Assembly: GCA_031459625.1 (NCBI GenBank)
Contig: JAVKIH010000004.1
Coordinates: 26,786-90,785 of the forward strand
DNA length: 64,000 bases
From: Candidatus Geohabitans tengchongensis
GTDB taxonomy: Bacteria > Sysuimicrobiota > Sysuimicrobiia > Sysuimicrobiales > Humicultoraceae
Direction: 5' to 3'
A model generated the notes under the pieces. It searched no databases. It saw only the letters and a list, made by a program, of their open reading frames with translations, and had not been told where the DNA came from. Shown here piece after piece: positions 40,566 to 50,319 of this stretch. The position numbers were made by a program, and so were the translations under genes. How positions within the stretch are numbered: position 1 is the stretch's first letter; every line of letters begins with the position of its first letter.

Positions 40566-41656
40566 GGACCGGGGCGGACCAGGACCGTCTCGCCGCCGTC
40601 CGGTGCGCCGACGCGCTGCTCAATGGCTGGCGGTGGGCCCGCGCCTGGTACGCGCTGCGCGGAGCGGAGGTCCCGCTGGGCAGCACGCCGGCGGACGTCG
40701 CCTTCACCCAGGGGCCTGTGCGGCTGCTCCACTACCGCCCGGCGGCGAAGCGGGTCTCCGCGGTGCCGCTGCTGCTGGTGCCGTCGCTCATCAACCGCCA
40801 CTACGTGCTCGACCTCACCCCGCGACGCAGCCTGGTCCGCTACCTGCGGGACAGCGGGTTCGACGTCTGGCTCGTCGACTGGGGCACGCCGGGCTGCGTC
40901 GACCGGTTCGTGACGCTCGGCGATCACATCGACGGGTATCTGCGCCGCTGCGTGGACGAAGTCCGGGCCGCCACGGGGGCCGCCGGCCTGTCCCTGCTCG
41001 GCTACTGCATCGGCGGGGTCCTGACCGCCATCTTCACCGCCCGCCACCCCCGCCGCGTGCGCAACCTCGTCACCCTGGCCGCTCCCATCGACTTCCGCCA
41101 GGCCGGCCTGCTGGGGGCCTGGGCTGCCGCCCCCTACTTCCCGGTCGACCAGCTCGTCGACACGCTGGGCAATCTCCCGGGGTGGCTCCTCCAGGCCAGC
41201 TTCCGCGCCCTCCGCCCGCTGACCCGGCTGCGCAACCTGGTGGCCCTCTGGGAGCGCGCCGACGACCCCGAGCAGCTCCTGGAGTTCGTGGCCCTCCACC
41301 GCTGGGTCGAGGACAACGTCCCCGTCTCGGGTGAGACCTACCGGCAGTTCGTGCGCGACTGCTACCAGCGCAATCTCCTGGCGGAGGGACGCCTCACCGT
41401 GGACGGCATGCGGGTGGACCTCCGGCGCATCCGCTGTCCGCTCTTGAACGTCGTCGCCACGCAGGATCACATCTGCCCTCTGCCGTCGGCGGTGGCGCTC
41501 AACCGCCTGGTGGGGTCGCGGGACGTGACCCTGCTCACCCTGCCCGGCGGGCACGTGGGCGCCGTGGTCGGCCGCGAGGCCACCGAGGTCTTCTGGCCGC
41601 GGCTGCGCGCCTGGCTGCGCCGCCGCTCCGGGTCCCGGACCCGGCGGGTGCGGTGA
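40562..41656 (+). CDS. phaC: Class III/IV-type PHA synthase catalytic subunit (copy 1)
   Basis: TP, PLLLVPSLINRHYVLDL, DWG, GYCIGG, APIDF, DHI, GGHVG. Confidence 0.9.
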   Translation: MRTGADQDRLAAVRCADALLNGWRWARAWYALRGAEVPLGSTPADVAFTQGPVRLLHYRPAAKRVSAVPLLLVPSLINRHYVLDLTPRRSLVRYLRDSGFDVWLVDWGTPGCVDRFVTLGDHIDGYLRRCVDEVRAATGAAGLSLLGYCIGGVLTAIFTARHPRRVRNLVTLAAPIDFRQAGLLGAWAAAPYFPVDQLVDTLGNLPGWLLQASFRALRPLTRLRNLVALWERADDPEQLLEFVALHRWVEDNVPVSGETYRQFVRDCYQRNLLAEGRLTVDGMRVDLRRIRCPLLNVVATQDHICPLPSAVALNRLVGSRDVTLLTLPGGHVGAVVGREATEVFWPRLRAWLRRRSGSRTRRVR

Positions 41657-42108
41657 GCGGGAGCCAGCCGGGCGCGGAGCCCCGGGGTGTCGCTCCGTCC
41701 GGTGAGCCGGAACCCTGGCAGGCCTTGCAAAAGGCCTGGCTCGATGCCTGGGCGAAAGCGATGCACGAGACGGTGGCCGCCGAGGAGTTCGCCCAGGTGA
41801 TGGGGCGGTCGCTCGAGGTGTTCCTGCAGGCCTGGGCGCCGCTGCGGCAGATGGAGCGCGTCCTCCAGCGTTCGCTTGAAGGCGCAGGGTTGCCGACGCG
41901 CGCGGACGTCCTGGCCCTGGCCGAGCGCCTGGACGGGCTGGCCCGGCAGGTGGAGGCGCTGGCCGGCAGGGTGGATGCCCTGCGGGGACGGTCCGGGCGG
42001 GCAGCGCCGCCCTCTGGACGCGGCCAGAGGGGCGGCCGCGCGCGGGGCCGCCGCGCGCGCGCGCCGCAGCGACCCGTGGCGCGGACGCAGAGGGCCGACA
42101 GGCGGTGA
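41653..42108 (+). CDS. PhaE/PhaR-like PHA synthase small subunit
   Basis: EEFAQVMG; LPTRADV..LAERL coiled-coil motif. Confidence 0.75.
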   Translation: MSGSQPGAEPRGVAPSGEPEPWQALQKAWLDAWAKAMHETVAAEEFAQVMGRSLEVFLQAWAPLRQMERVLQRSLEGAGLPTRADVLALAERLDGLARQVEALAGRVDALRGRSGRAAPPSGRGQRGGRARGRRARAPQRPVARTQRADRR

Positions 42109-43301
42109 GGCCGGTGTCGGGGTCGGCGGAAAGGGGCAGCGCGGCCATACCGCTGTCTCGGGCCGCCGGTGCCGCGCCGAGCGCGGCGGACGTGGCAGCG
42201 CCGCAGGAGCGGTACCTGCGTTGGCAGCAAGCCGTGGCGGCCGCGGCCACCGTCCCGGTCGGCCTGACGCCGCGCGAGCTCGTCTGGAGCCGGGACCGGG
42301 TGCGGCTCTACCGCTACCACGGCGCCGCCCCCCCGACCTACCCGGTGCCGCTCCTCCTCGTCTACGCCCTGGTGAACAAGCCCTACATCTTCGACCTGCT
42401 GCCGGGGCGCAGCTTCGTGGAGTTCATGCTCGGGGAAGGGTTCGACGTCTACCTGCTGGACTGGGGGAGCCCGGGCCTGGAGGACCGATGCCTGGGCCTC
42501 GACGACTACGCCCTCGACTACCTCCCGCGCGCGCTCGAGGAGGTGCGGCGACGGGCGGGAGGGGAACGGGTAAGCGTGCTGGGCTATTGCATCGGCGGGA
42601 CGCTGGTGACGCTCTATGCCGGCGCGGTCCCCACGGCGCCCATCCGCAACCTGATCCTGCTCAGCGCCCCGCTCGACTTCACCGACCGGAGGGCCAGCCT
42701 GTTCGCGCGCTGGTTCGACGAGCGCTACGTCGATGTGGACCGGCTCGTGGAAACGCTGGGCAACGTGCCGGCGGAGCTCATCGAGGTGTGGGCCCAGATG
42801 CTGCGCCCGGTGGAGAACTACATCGGCGTCTACCTGAACCTGTGGGAGCGGTTGGACGACCCCGCGGCGGTGGAATCCTGGCAGGCGATGCACCGTTGGG
42901 TGCACGACGGCGTGCCGTTCGCCGGGACGGCCTTCCGCCAGTGGGTGGTCGACCACGTCCGCGGGAACCGCCTGGTCCAGGGGACCTGCACGCTGCGGGG
43001 ACGCCCCGTCCGATTGGAGCAGATCCGGATGCCGGTGCTCCTCGTCGTGGCCGAGCAGGACCACATCGTGCCGATGCGCCAGACTACCGGCATCGTGGAC
43101 CGGCTCGGCAGCCGGGACCGGCGCGTGGAGGTGATGCCCGGCGGGCACGTCGGGCTGATGAGCGGCCGTCAGGCCAGGCGCGAGGTGTGGCCGAAGATCG
43201 CCGCCTGGTTGCGGGCGCGCTCGGGCAGGCCCCGGCGCCTGGCCGGGCGAGGGGGGGGACGGTGCAGATGGGGGGAGCGGTCGCCGGTCGGAGCGCGGTA
43301 G
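42105..43301 (+). CDS. phaC: Class III/IV-type PHA synthase catalytic subunit (copy 2)
   Basis: GLTP, VYALVNKPYIFDL, GYCIGG, DHIVP, GGHVG. Confidence 0.92.
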   Translation: MRPVSGSAERGSAAIPLSRAAGAAPSAADVAAPQERYLRWQQAVAAAATVPVGLTPRELVWSRDRVRLYRYHGAAPPTYPVPLLLVYALVNKPYIFDLLPGRSFVEFMLGEGFDVYLLDWGSPGLEDRCLGLDDYALDYLPRALEEVRRRAGGERVSVLGYCIGGTLVTLYAGAVPTAPIRNLILLSAPLDFTDRRASLFARWFDERYVDVDRLVETLGNVPAELIEVWAQMLRPVENYIGVYLNLWERLDDPAAVESWQAMHRWVHDGVPFAGTAFRQWVVDHVRGNRLVQGTCTLRGRPVRLEQIRMPVLLVVAEQDHIVPMRQTTGIVDRLGSRDRRVEVMPGGHVGLMSGRQARREVWPKIAAWLRARSGRPRRLAGRGGGRCRWGERSPVGAR

Positions 43302-44053
43302 TCACCGGGGCGGGCGCGGGCATCGGGCGGGCCATCGCCCGCCTGCTGGCCCGCGAGGGAGCGCGCGTGGGGGTGGTGGACCTGGAGGCGTCGACCGGCG
43401 AGGACGCCGCCCGGGAGATCCGCGACCAGGGGGGAGCGGCGGTGGCCCTGGTCGCCGACGTCGCCCAGGCGTCCGCCGTCCGTGCCATGATCGCCAAGGC
43501 GGCGGAGGCACTGGGAGGCGTGGACATCCTGGTGAACAACGCCGGCCTCCAGCACGTCGCCCCCGTCGTCGACTTCCCCGAGGAGCGCTGGGACCGGCTG
43601 GTGGGCGTCCTCCTCACCGGCACCTTCCTCTGCACGAAGTACGCCCTGCCGCACATGATCGCCCGGCGCTGGGGGCGCGTGGTGAACATCGCCTCGGCGC
43701 ACGGGCTGGTGGCCTCGCCGTTCAAGTGCGCGTACGTGGCCGCCAAGCACGGGGTCGTGGGGTTCACCAAGGTGGCGGCCTGGGAGGTGGCGGAGCACGG
43801 GATCACCGTGAACGCCGTCTGCCCGGGGTACGTGCGCACGGCCCTGGTGGAGCGCCAGATCGCCGATCAGGCCCGCGCGCACGGCATCCCCGAGGCCGAG
43901 GTGGTCGAGCGGATCATGCTGCAGCCGGCGGCCATCAAGCGGCTGCTGGAGCCCGAGGAGGTGGCCGCGCTCGTCCTCTACCTGTGCTCGGACGCCGCGG
44001 CCGGCATCACGGGCGCGGCGTTGCCCATCGACCAGGGCTGGACGGCCCGGTAG
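43268..44053 (+). CDS. D-3-hydroxybutyrate dehydrogenase
   Basis: NNAGLQH, SAHGLVASPFK, YVAAKHG, CPGYVRT.LV..QI, DQGWTA. Confidence 0.9.
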   Translation: MGGAVAGRSAVVTGAGAGIGRAIARLLAREGARVGVVDLEASTGEDAAREIRDQGGAAVALVADVAQASAVRAMIAKAAEALGGVDILVNNAGLQHVAPVVDFPEERWDRLVGVLLTGTFLCTKYALPHMIARRWGRVVNIASAHGLVASPFKCAYVAAKHGVVGFTKVAAWEVAEHGITVNAVCPGYVRTALVERQIADQARAHGIPEAEVVERIMLQPAAIKRLLEPEEVAALVLYLCSDAAAGITGAALPIDQGWTAR

Positions 44054-44060
44054 CCGGGAC

Positions 44061-44489
44061 GTGAGCGGCGGGGGACCGTCGGCGGACCGCTTCACTCCCG
44101 GGCAGCGGGCCACCCTGACGCGGACCATCACCGAGGAGGATATCCAGGCCTTCGCCGCCCTCACCGGGGACCGCAACCCCCTGCACCTGGACGAGGCCTT
44201 TGCCCGGCGCACCCGCTTCCAGGGCCGCATCGCCCACGGCCTGCTCACGGCCAGCCTGATCTCGGCGGTGCTGGGCACGCAGCTGCCCGGCGCGGGCGGC
44301 ATCTACCTGGGACAGACCCTGCGCTTCCGGCGGCCCGTGCGCCCGGGGGACACCGTCACCGCCGAGGTGGAGGTCGCCGCCTTCGACGCGCGCTCCCGGC
44401 GGCTGTCGCTGCGGACGCGCTGCGTGAACCAGCGCGGCGAGACCGTGCTGGAGGGTGACGCGGAGCTGCTGGTCGAGGAGGGAGGGTAA
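44061..44489 (+). CDS. phaJ: MaoC-family (R)-specific enoyl-CoA hydratase, PhaJ-like
   Basis: FAALTGDRNPLHLD, IAHG, LPG. Confidence 0.8.
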   Translation: MSGGGPSADRFTPGQRATLTRTITEEDIQAFAALTGDRNPLHLDEAFARRTRFQGRIAHGLLTASLISAVLGTQLPGAGGIYLGQTLRFRRPVRPGDTVTAEVEVAAFDARSRRLSLRTRCVNQRGETVLEGDAELLVEEGG

Positions 44490-44600
44490 GGCGCGGGGAC
44501 CGCCGCAGGGCGTCGGGCGGCGATGGCTCGATGCCGCGCGAGCGGGCAGGCCGGTCCAGGCTTCCGGCTGGCACGGCTACCAGGCCTCCGGCCGGCGCGG

Positions 44601-45410
44601 CTACCGCGCGCCCGTCACCTTCCGCCAGAGCCAGAGGAGGGGGTCGTAGCGCTCGTCGACCACGCGCTCCTTGATCGGGATGATGGCGTTGTCGGTGATG
44701 TGGATGTCCTCGGGGCAGACCTCCGTGCAGCACTTGGTGATGTTGCAGAAGCCCACCCCGGCCCGGTCCCGGGCGAAGCGGGCCAGCTCCTCGCGCGGGT
44801 TGGTGTCGAGGGGGTGCATGTCCAGGGCCGCCAGGCGGACGAAGAAGCGCGGCCCGGCGAAGTGGCGCAGGTTCTCCTGGTGGTCGCGGATGACGTGGCA
44901 GACGTTCTGGCACAGCCAGCACTCGATGCACTTGTGGAACTCCTGGATGCGGCTGACTTCCGCCTGCGTCATCCGGTAGCGCCCGTCCGGCCCCTTCGGC
45001 CCGGGCCGGAAGACCGGCATGGTCTTCGCCACCTCGTAGTTGAAGGAGACGTCGGGCACCAGGTCCTTGATGACGGGGAAGGTCTTCATGGGCGCCACCA
45101 CGACCGGCCGGTTGGGCGGCAGGCTGCTGAGGCGCGTCATGCAGGTGAGGCGGGGACGGCCGTTCACCTCGGCGCTGCAGGAGCCGCACCGGCCGGCCTT
45201 GCAGTTCCACCGGACGGCCAGGTCGGGGGCCTGGGTGGCCTGCAACCGGTGCAGGGCGTCCAGGACGACGGCGTTCTCGTCGACCTCCACGGTGTAGTCG
45301 CGGAACTCGCCGCCCGCCGCCGTCCCGCGCCACACCCGCAGGTGCACCGTGCGCGTCCGTCCCCCCGGCGCAGCAGCGACTGCGTCCGTCTTCACCTCGG
45401 TCAGCGCCAT
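44601..45410 (-). CDS. sdhB: Succinate dehydrogenase/fumarate reductase Fe-S subunit
   Basis: CKAGRCGSC, CIECWLCQNVC, CNITKCCTEVCP. Confidence 0.93.
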   Translation of the reverse strand: MALTEVKTDAVAAAPGGRTRTVHLRVWRGTAAGGEFRDYTVEVDENAVVLDALHRLQATQAPDLAVRWNCKAGRCGSCSAEVNGRPRLTCMTRLSSLPPNRPVVVAPMKTFPVIKDLVPDVSFNYEVAKTMPVFRPGPKGPDGRYRMTQAEVSRIQEFHKCIECWLCQNVCHVIRDHQENLRHFAGPRFFVRLAALDMHPLDTNPREELARFARDRAGVGFCNITKCCTEVCPEDIHITDNAIIPIKERVVDERYDPLLWLWRKVTGAR

Positions 45411-45450
45411 CGGCTCCGCTCCTCGGCGTCCGGTGTCCTCGCCGGCGCCG

Positions 45451-47247
45451 TCAGCCCCGCTCCTCCAGAATGGCCCGCAGCTCGTCCGGCAGCGGCGGCA
45501 GCGGCACCCGCTCCAGCTCGAGCCGGCCGTTGCGCAGTCGGACCACCACGTTCACCTTGCCCCACTCCGGGTCGGCCTGCGGGTAGTCCAGGCGGGAGTG
45601 CCCGCCCCGGCTCTCCCGCCGTTCCAGCGCGGCCAGCGTGACCGCCTCCGCCGTGCGCAGCATCGCCCGCAGGTCGAGGGCCAGGTGCCAGGCGGGGTTG
45701 AACTCCCGGCCGCCCTCCACGCGCACGCGCTGCAGCCGCTCGCCCAGCACGGCGATGCGGTCGAGGGCCTGGCGCAGCTCATCCCCGGTGCGGAAGATCC
45801 CCACCAGCTCCTGCATCGTCTCCTGCAACTCGGCCTGCAGGGCGTAGGGGTTCTCGCCCCCCGGCCCCTCGAAGGGGCGGAGCAGGTCGCGCGCCGCCTC
45901 GGCTACCTGGTCGAGGGCCACCTGGGGGTGGTTGCGCAGCGCCTGCACGTACTGCGCCGCGTAGAGGCCGGCGCGCCGCCCGAAGACCAGCAGGTCGGAG
46001 AGCGAGTTGCCGCCCAGCCGGTTCGCCCCGTGCAGGCCGCCGGCGATCTCCCCGGCGGCAAAGAGCCCGGGGAGGGTGGAGGCGGCGCTGTCGGCGTCCA
46101 CGCGCACGCCGCCCATGGCGTAGTGGCAGGTGGGGTAGACCTCCATGGGCTCGCGGGTGATGTCCACGCCGGCGAGCTCCTTGAACTGGTGGTACATGGA
46201 GGGGAGCCGCGCCTTGATGTACTCGGCGGGCCGGCGGGAGGCGATGTCCAGGTAGACCCCGCCGTGCGGGCTGCCCCGGCCGGCCTTCACCTCATAGTAG
46301 ATGGCCCGGGTGACTTCGTCGCGCGGCAGCAGCTCCGGCGGGCGGCGGTTGTGCTTTTTGTCGGTGTACCAGCGGTCCGCCTCCTCCTCGGTCTCGGCGG
46401 TCTCGGCCCGGAAGAACTCGGGGATGTAGTCGAACATGAAGCGCCGCCCCTCGCGGTTGCGCAGCACGCCGCCGTCCCCCCGCACGCCCTCCGTGACCAG
46501 GATGCCGCGGGCGCTCGGCGGCCAGACCATCCCCGTGGGGTGGAACTGCACGAACTCCATGTCGATGAGGTCGGCCCCGGCCTCCAGCGCCAGCAGCACC
46601 CCGTCCCCGGTCGACTCCCAGGACATCGACGTGTACTTCCACACCTTCCCGAAGCCGCCGGTGGCCAAGATGACCGCCGGCGCGCGGAAGAGCACGAAGC
46701 CGCCGTCGCCCCGCCGGTAGCCGAAGGCGCCGGCCACGCGGCCGGCGTCGGTGAGGAGGCGCTGGACCGTCACCTCCATGAAGACGTCCACGCCCAGGTG
46801 CACGGCGCGGAACTGCAGGGTGCGGATCATCTCCAGGCCGGTGCGGTCGCCCACGTGGGCCAGCCGGGCGTAGCGGTGGCCGCCGAAGTCGCGCTGCAAG
46901 ATCAGCCCGTCGGGGGTGCGGTCGAAGGCCGCGCCCCACTCCTCCAGCTCCAGGACCCGCTCCGGGGCCTCCTGGGCGAAGAGCTGGACCATGCGCCAGT
47001 TGTTCAGCAGCTTGCCGCCGCGCATGGTGTCGCGGAAGTGCACCCGCCAGTTGTCCTCGGGCCAGACGTTGCCCAGCGCGGCGGCGATGCCGCCTTCCGC
47101 CATCACGGTGTGCGCCTTGCCCAGCAGCGACTTGCAGACGAGCGCCGTGCGCAGCCCGGCCTGGCGGGCCTCGATGGCCGCCCGCAGCCCGGCCCCGCCG
47201 GCGCCGATCACCACCACGTCGTAGTCGTGGGTCGCGTAGGGCTCCAT
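45451..47247 (-). CDS. sdhA: Succinate dehydrogenase/fumarate reductase flavoprotein
   Basis: GAGGAG, AHTVMAEGG, QFHPT, HYAMGG, HGANRLGGNSL, ESRGGH. Confidence 0.95.
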   Translation of the reverse strand: MEPYATHDYDVVVIGAGGAGLRAAIEARQAGLRTALVCKSLLGKAHTVMAEGGIAAALGNVWPEDNWRVHFRDTMRGGKLLNNWRMVQLFAQEAPERVLELEEWGAAFDRTPDGLILQRDFGGHRYARLAHVGDRTGLEMIRTLQFRAVHLGVDVFMEVTVQRLLTDAGRVAGAFGYRRGDGGFVLFRAPAVILATGGFGKVWKYTSMSWESTGDGVLLALEAGADLIDMEFVQFHPTGMVWPPSARGILVTEGVRGDGGVLRNREGRRFMFDYIPEFFRAETAETEEEADRWYTDKKHNRRPPELLPRDEVTRAIYYEVKAGRGSPHGGVYLDIASRRPAEYIKARLPSMYHQFKELAGVDITREPMEVYPTCHYAMGGVRVDADSAASTLPGLFAAGEIAGGLHGANRLGGNSLSDLLVFGRRAGLYAAQYVQALRNHPQVALDQVAEAARDLLRPFEGPGGENPYALQAELQETMQELVGIFRTGDELRQALDRIAVLGERLQRVRVEGGREFNPAWHLALDLRAMLRTAEAVTLAALERRESRGGHSRLDYPQADPEWGKVNVVVRLRNGRLELERVPLPPLPDELRAILEERG

Positions 47248-47254
47248 GGCCGGC

Positions 47255-48058
47255 TCAGAAGAGGCGCAGGTCGCGCACGGCCCCCGTGGCCAGCAGGTAG
47301 ACGTAGAGGTCGGCCAGGGCCACGGCCACCAGGCTCACCCAGGCGATGGGGCCGTGGTGGGCGTTGAGCGCGCTCACCCACCGCCACAGCCGGTAGCGGA
47401 CCGGCGCCCGGGAGAAGGCGTCGACGTGCCCGCCCACCAGGTGGCGGCAGGAGTGGCAGGAGAGGCTGTACAGCGTCAGCAGGGCGGTGCTGCCGAGCAG
47501 CACCACCGTCCCCACGCCCATCCCGAGCCCGTCGGGGAAGCGGAAAGCCTTCAGCACGTCCCACCACAGGAAGACCAGGAAGAGCAGCGAGAGGTAGAAG
47601 AAGTAGCGGTGCACGTTTTGCAGCACCCAGGGGAAGCGCGTCTCGCCGGTATAGACGCGCGGCAGGTCGCGGACGGCGCAGGCCGGCGGCTGCCAGAAGA
47701 ACGCCCGGTAGTAGGCCTTGCGGTAGTAGTAGCAGGTGGTGCGGAAGCCGAGCGGCCCCCAGAGGATGAGGATGGCCGGGGAGAAGGGCCACCACGCCCC
47801 GATCAGGCGGATGGTGGCGTGCTCGCAGGTGACGGCCAGGCAGGGGGAGTAGAACGGCGAGAGGTAGGGCTCGACGAAGTAGTGCGCCCCCGCCAGCGCC
47901 CGCCAGGTGGCGTAGACGACGAAGGCGCCGAGCATGACGATCGTCGGGAGGATCTCCAGCCACCACGGGTCCTGGCGCAGCGTGCGGACCGCCGGTGATG
48001 CGCCCGGCGCCGCGCCCAGCCGCAGGGCTCCGCGCTGGTCCTGCAGCGGGCAGCGCAC
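47255..48058 (-). CDS. Succinate dehydrogenase membrane anchor, mycobacterial Sdh1 type
   Basis: YLSPFYSPC, FRTTCYYYRKAYYR, PPAC, NVHRY, SCHSCRH. Confidence 0.85.
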   Translation of the reverse strand: MRCPLQDQRGALRLGAAPGASPAVRTLRQDPWWLEILPTIVMLGAFVVYATWRALAGAHYFVEPYLSPFYSPCLAVTCEHATIRLIGAWWPFSPAILILWGPLGFRTTCYYYRKAYYRAFFWQPPACAVRDLPRVYTGETRFPWVLQNVHRYFFYLSLLFLVFLWWDVLKAFRFPDGLGMGVGTVVLLGSTALLTLYSLSCHSCRHLVGGHVDAFSRAPVRYRLWRWVSALNAHHGPIAWVSLVAVALADLYVYLLATGAVRDLRLF

Positions 48059-48061
48059 CGG

Positions 48062-49492
48062 CTACCCTCCCCCGCCGGCGCCCTCGAGCCCCGGGGCGGT
48101 CATGCGCGCGGGGTCGAGCAGCCGGTCGAGCTCCTCGTCGGGGAGGCCCGCGCGCTCCCGGGCCACCTCGCGGATGGTCCGGCCGGTGGCCCGCGCCGTG
48201 CGGGCGATCTCGGCGGCGCGGTCGTAGCCGATGACGGGGGCGAGCGCCGTGGCCAGCATGAGCCCGCCCTCCACCAGCTCCGGCCCGCGGCCGGTCGCCT
48301 CCACCCCCTCGACGCACTTCTCGGCGAAGACGCGCGAGGCCGCCGCGAGCACCGCGATGGCCTGGAGCAGGTTGTGGGCAATGACGGGCATCATCGTGTT
48401 GAGCTCGAAGTTGCCCCACTGGTTGCCGATGGCCACCACCAGGTCGTTCCCCTGCACCTGCGCCCCCACCATGAGCACCGCCTCGGGGATCACCGGGTTC
48501 ACCTTCCCGGGCATGATCGAGGACCCGGGCTGCAGCTCGGGCAGGCGCAGCTCGCCCAGCCCGGCGTGCGGTCCGGAGGCCATCCAGCGGATGTCGTTGG
48601 CGATCTTCATCAACCCGGTGGCGTAGGCCCGCAGCGCCCCCGAGGCGAAGACGAGCGCGTCGAGGGCCGCCTGCGCCTGGAAGTGGTTCGTGGTCTCCCG
48701 CAGGGGGACCCCCGCCAGCTGGCTCAGGCGAGCGATGGCGCGGGCGGGGAAGTCCGGGTGCATGTTGGTCCCGGTGCCCACCGCCGTCCCGCCGAGCGGC
48801 ACCTCCTCCAGCTCCCCGGCGGCCAGCCGGATCCGCCGGCTGGCCCGCTCCACCTGCCCGGCGTAGCCGCGGAACTCCTGCCCCAGGCGGATCGGGGTGG
48901 CGTCCATCAGGTGGGTGCGCCCGGTCTTCACGACGTCCCAGAACGCCACGGCCTTGCGCTCGAAGGCGCGGTGCAGGCGGTCGAGGGCGGGTAGCAGCTC
49001 CTCGTGGACGAGCTGCAGGGCGGCGACGTGGATGGCTGTGGGGATGACGTCGTTGCTGGACTGGCAGAGGTTGACGTGGTCGTTGGGGTGGACGGTTTTG
49101 GACCCGCGCGGCGCGCCGAGCAGCTCGGCGGCGCGGTTGGCGATGACCTCGTTGGCGTTGTTGTTGGTGGAGGTCCCCGAACCGGTCTGGAAGACGTCCA
49201 CGGGGAAGTGGTCGTCCCAGCGGCCGGCCGCCACCTCGGCGGCCGCCTGGGCCACCGCCTCCCCGATGCGCCGGTCGAGCAGGCCGAGGGCCATGTTCGT
49301 CTCCGCCGCCGCCTGCTTGATCAGCCCCAGCGCCCGCAGGAAGGGCCGCCCCAGGCGCAGGCCGCTGATGGGGAAGTTCTCCACGGCCCGCGCCGTCTGC
49401 GCGCCGTAGAGGGCGTCGGCGGGGACGGTCATCTCGCCGAGGGTGTCCCGCTCCACCCGTGTGGTGGCGGACGTCGGCTGCACGGTGCTCAT
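48062..49492 (-). CDS. fumC: Class II fumarate hydratase
   Basis: QTGSGT, HPNDHVN, GRTHLMDA, GSSIMPGKVNP. Confidence 0.93.
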   Translation of the reverse strand: MSTVQPTSATTRVERDTLGEMTVPADALYGAQTARAVENFPISGLRLGRPFLRALGLIKQAAAETNMALGLLDRRIGEAVAQAAAEVAAGRWDDHFPVDVFQTGSGTSTNNNANEVIANRAAELLGAPRGSKTVHPNDHVNLCQSSNDVIPTAIHVAALQLVHEELLPALDRLHRAFERKAVAFWDVVKTGRTHLMDATPIRLGQEFRGYAGQVERASRRIRLAAGELEEVPLGGTAVGTGTNMHPDFPARAIARLSQLAGVPLRETTNHFQAQAALDALVFASGALRAYATGLMKIANDIRWMASGPHAGLGELRLPELQPGSSIMPGKVNPVIPEAVLMVGAQVQGNDLVVAIGNQWGNFELNTMMPVIAHNLLQAIAVLAAASRVFAEKCVEGVEATGRGPELVEGGLMLATALAPVIGYDRAAEIARTARATGRTIREVARERAGLPDEELDRLLDPARMTAPGLEGAGGGG

Positions 49493-50319
49493 CCCTCCCC
49501 CCGTCCCGGCGCGCCGGACAGCGGCCGCGGCCGCTCCCCGCGGCCCCGCCCGTCCGGCGCGCGCCGCACTAGCCGGCGCCCCATCCCCAGCCCCGCCTCC
49601 AGATCGCGGCGCATGTCGGCCAGATGCTCCCGCATCGCCCGCACCGCGGCCGCCACCTGACGGCGCCGCAGCGCCCGGAGGATGCGGGCGTGGTAGGCGT
49701 GCGCCTGGCGGGGGCTGGCCGGCTGGCGCCCCGTGCGCTCCCGCGAGCGGGCCCAGAGCTCGTTGAGGTGGCGCACGACGCTGACCAGCGCGGGGTTGCC
49801 CGTGGCGTCCGCCAGGGCCTCGTGGAAGCGGAGGTCCCCGGCCACATCGTCTCGGCCGGCGGCCAGCTCCGCCTCGCGCCGCTCGAGTGCCCGCTCCAGC
49901 GCCGCCAGGTCTTCGCCGTCGAGGCGGGCCGCGGCCAGGCGCACCACCATCGTCTCGACGATCTCGCGCGCCTCCAGGACGTCGAGGAGGAAGGTGCGTT
50001 CGGAGAGGAGCCGGTAGACCGAGGGGTCGAGCGGGCGGGGCGGGGTGGAGGCGACGAAGGTGCCCTCCCCGGCGCGCACCTCCACCACGCCGATGTAGTC
50101 CAGGACGCGCAGGGCCTCCCGCACGGAGGCCCGGCTCACCGAGAGGGCATCGGCCAGCTCGCGCTCGCCGGGCAGGCGGTCGCCGGGCTGGAGGTGCCGG
50201 TCGGCGATGAGCGTCTGGATCTGGCCCACGATGTCCTCGTAGAGGCGCTGGCGGCGCACGGGGCGGAAGAGGGCCCCGCCGGGCGCCCGAGCGGCCAAGA
50301 GGACTGCTGGTCTGGCCAT
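49489..50319 (-). CDS. GntR/FadR family regulator
   Basis: LPGERELA..VSRASVREAL, FCD domain FHEALA..GN. Confidence 0.92.
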   Translation of the reverse strand: MARPAVLLAARAPGGALFRPVRRQRLYEDIVGQIQTLIADRHLQPGDRLPGERELADALSVSRASVREALRVLDYIGVVEVRAGEGTFVASTPPRPLDPSVYRLLSERTFLLDVLEAREIVETMVVRLAAARLDGEDLAALERALERREAELAAGRDDVAGDLRFHEALADATGNPALVSVVRHLNELWARSRERTGRQPASPRQAHAYHARILRALRRRQVAAAVRAMREHLADMRRDLEAGLGMGRRLVRRAPDGRGRGERPRPLSGAPGRGEG

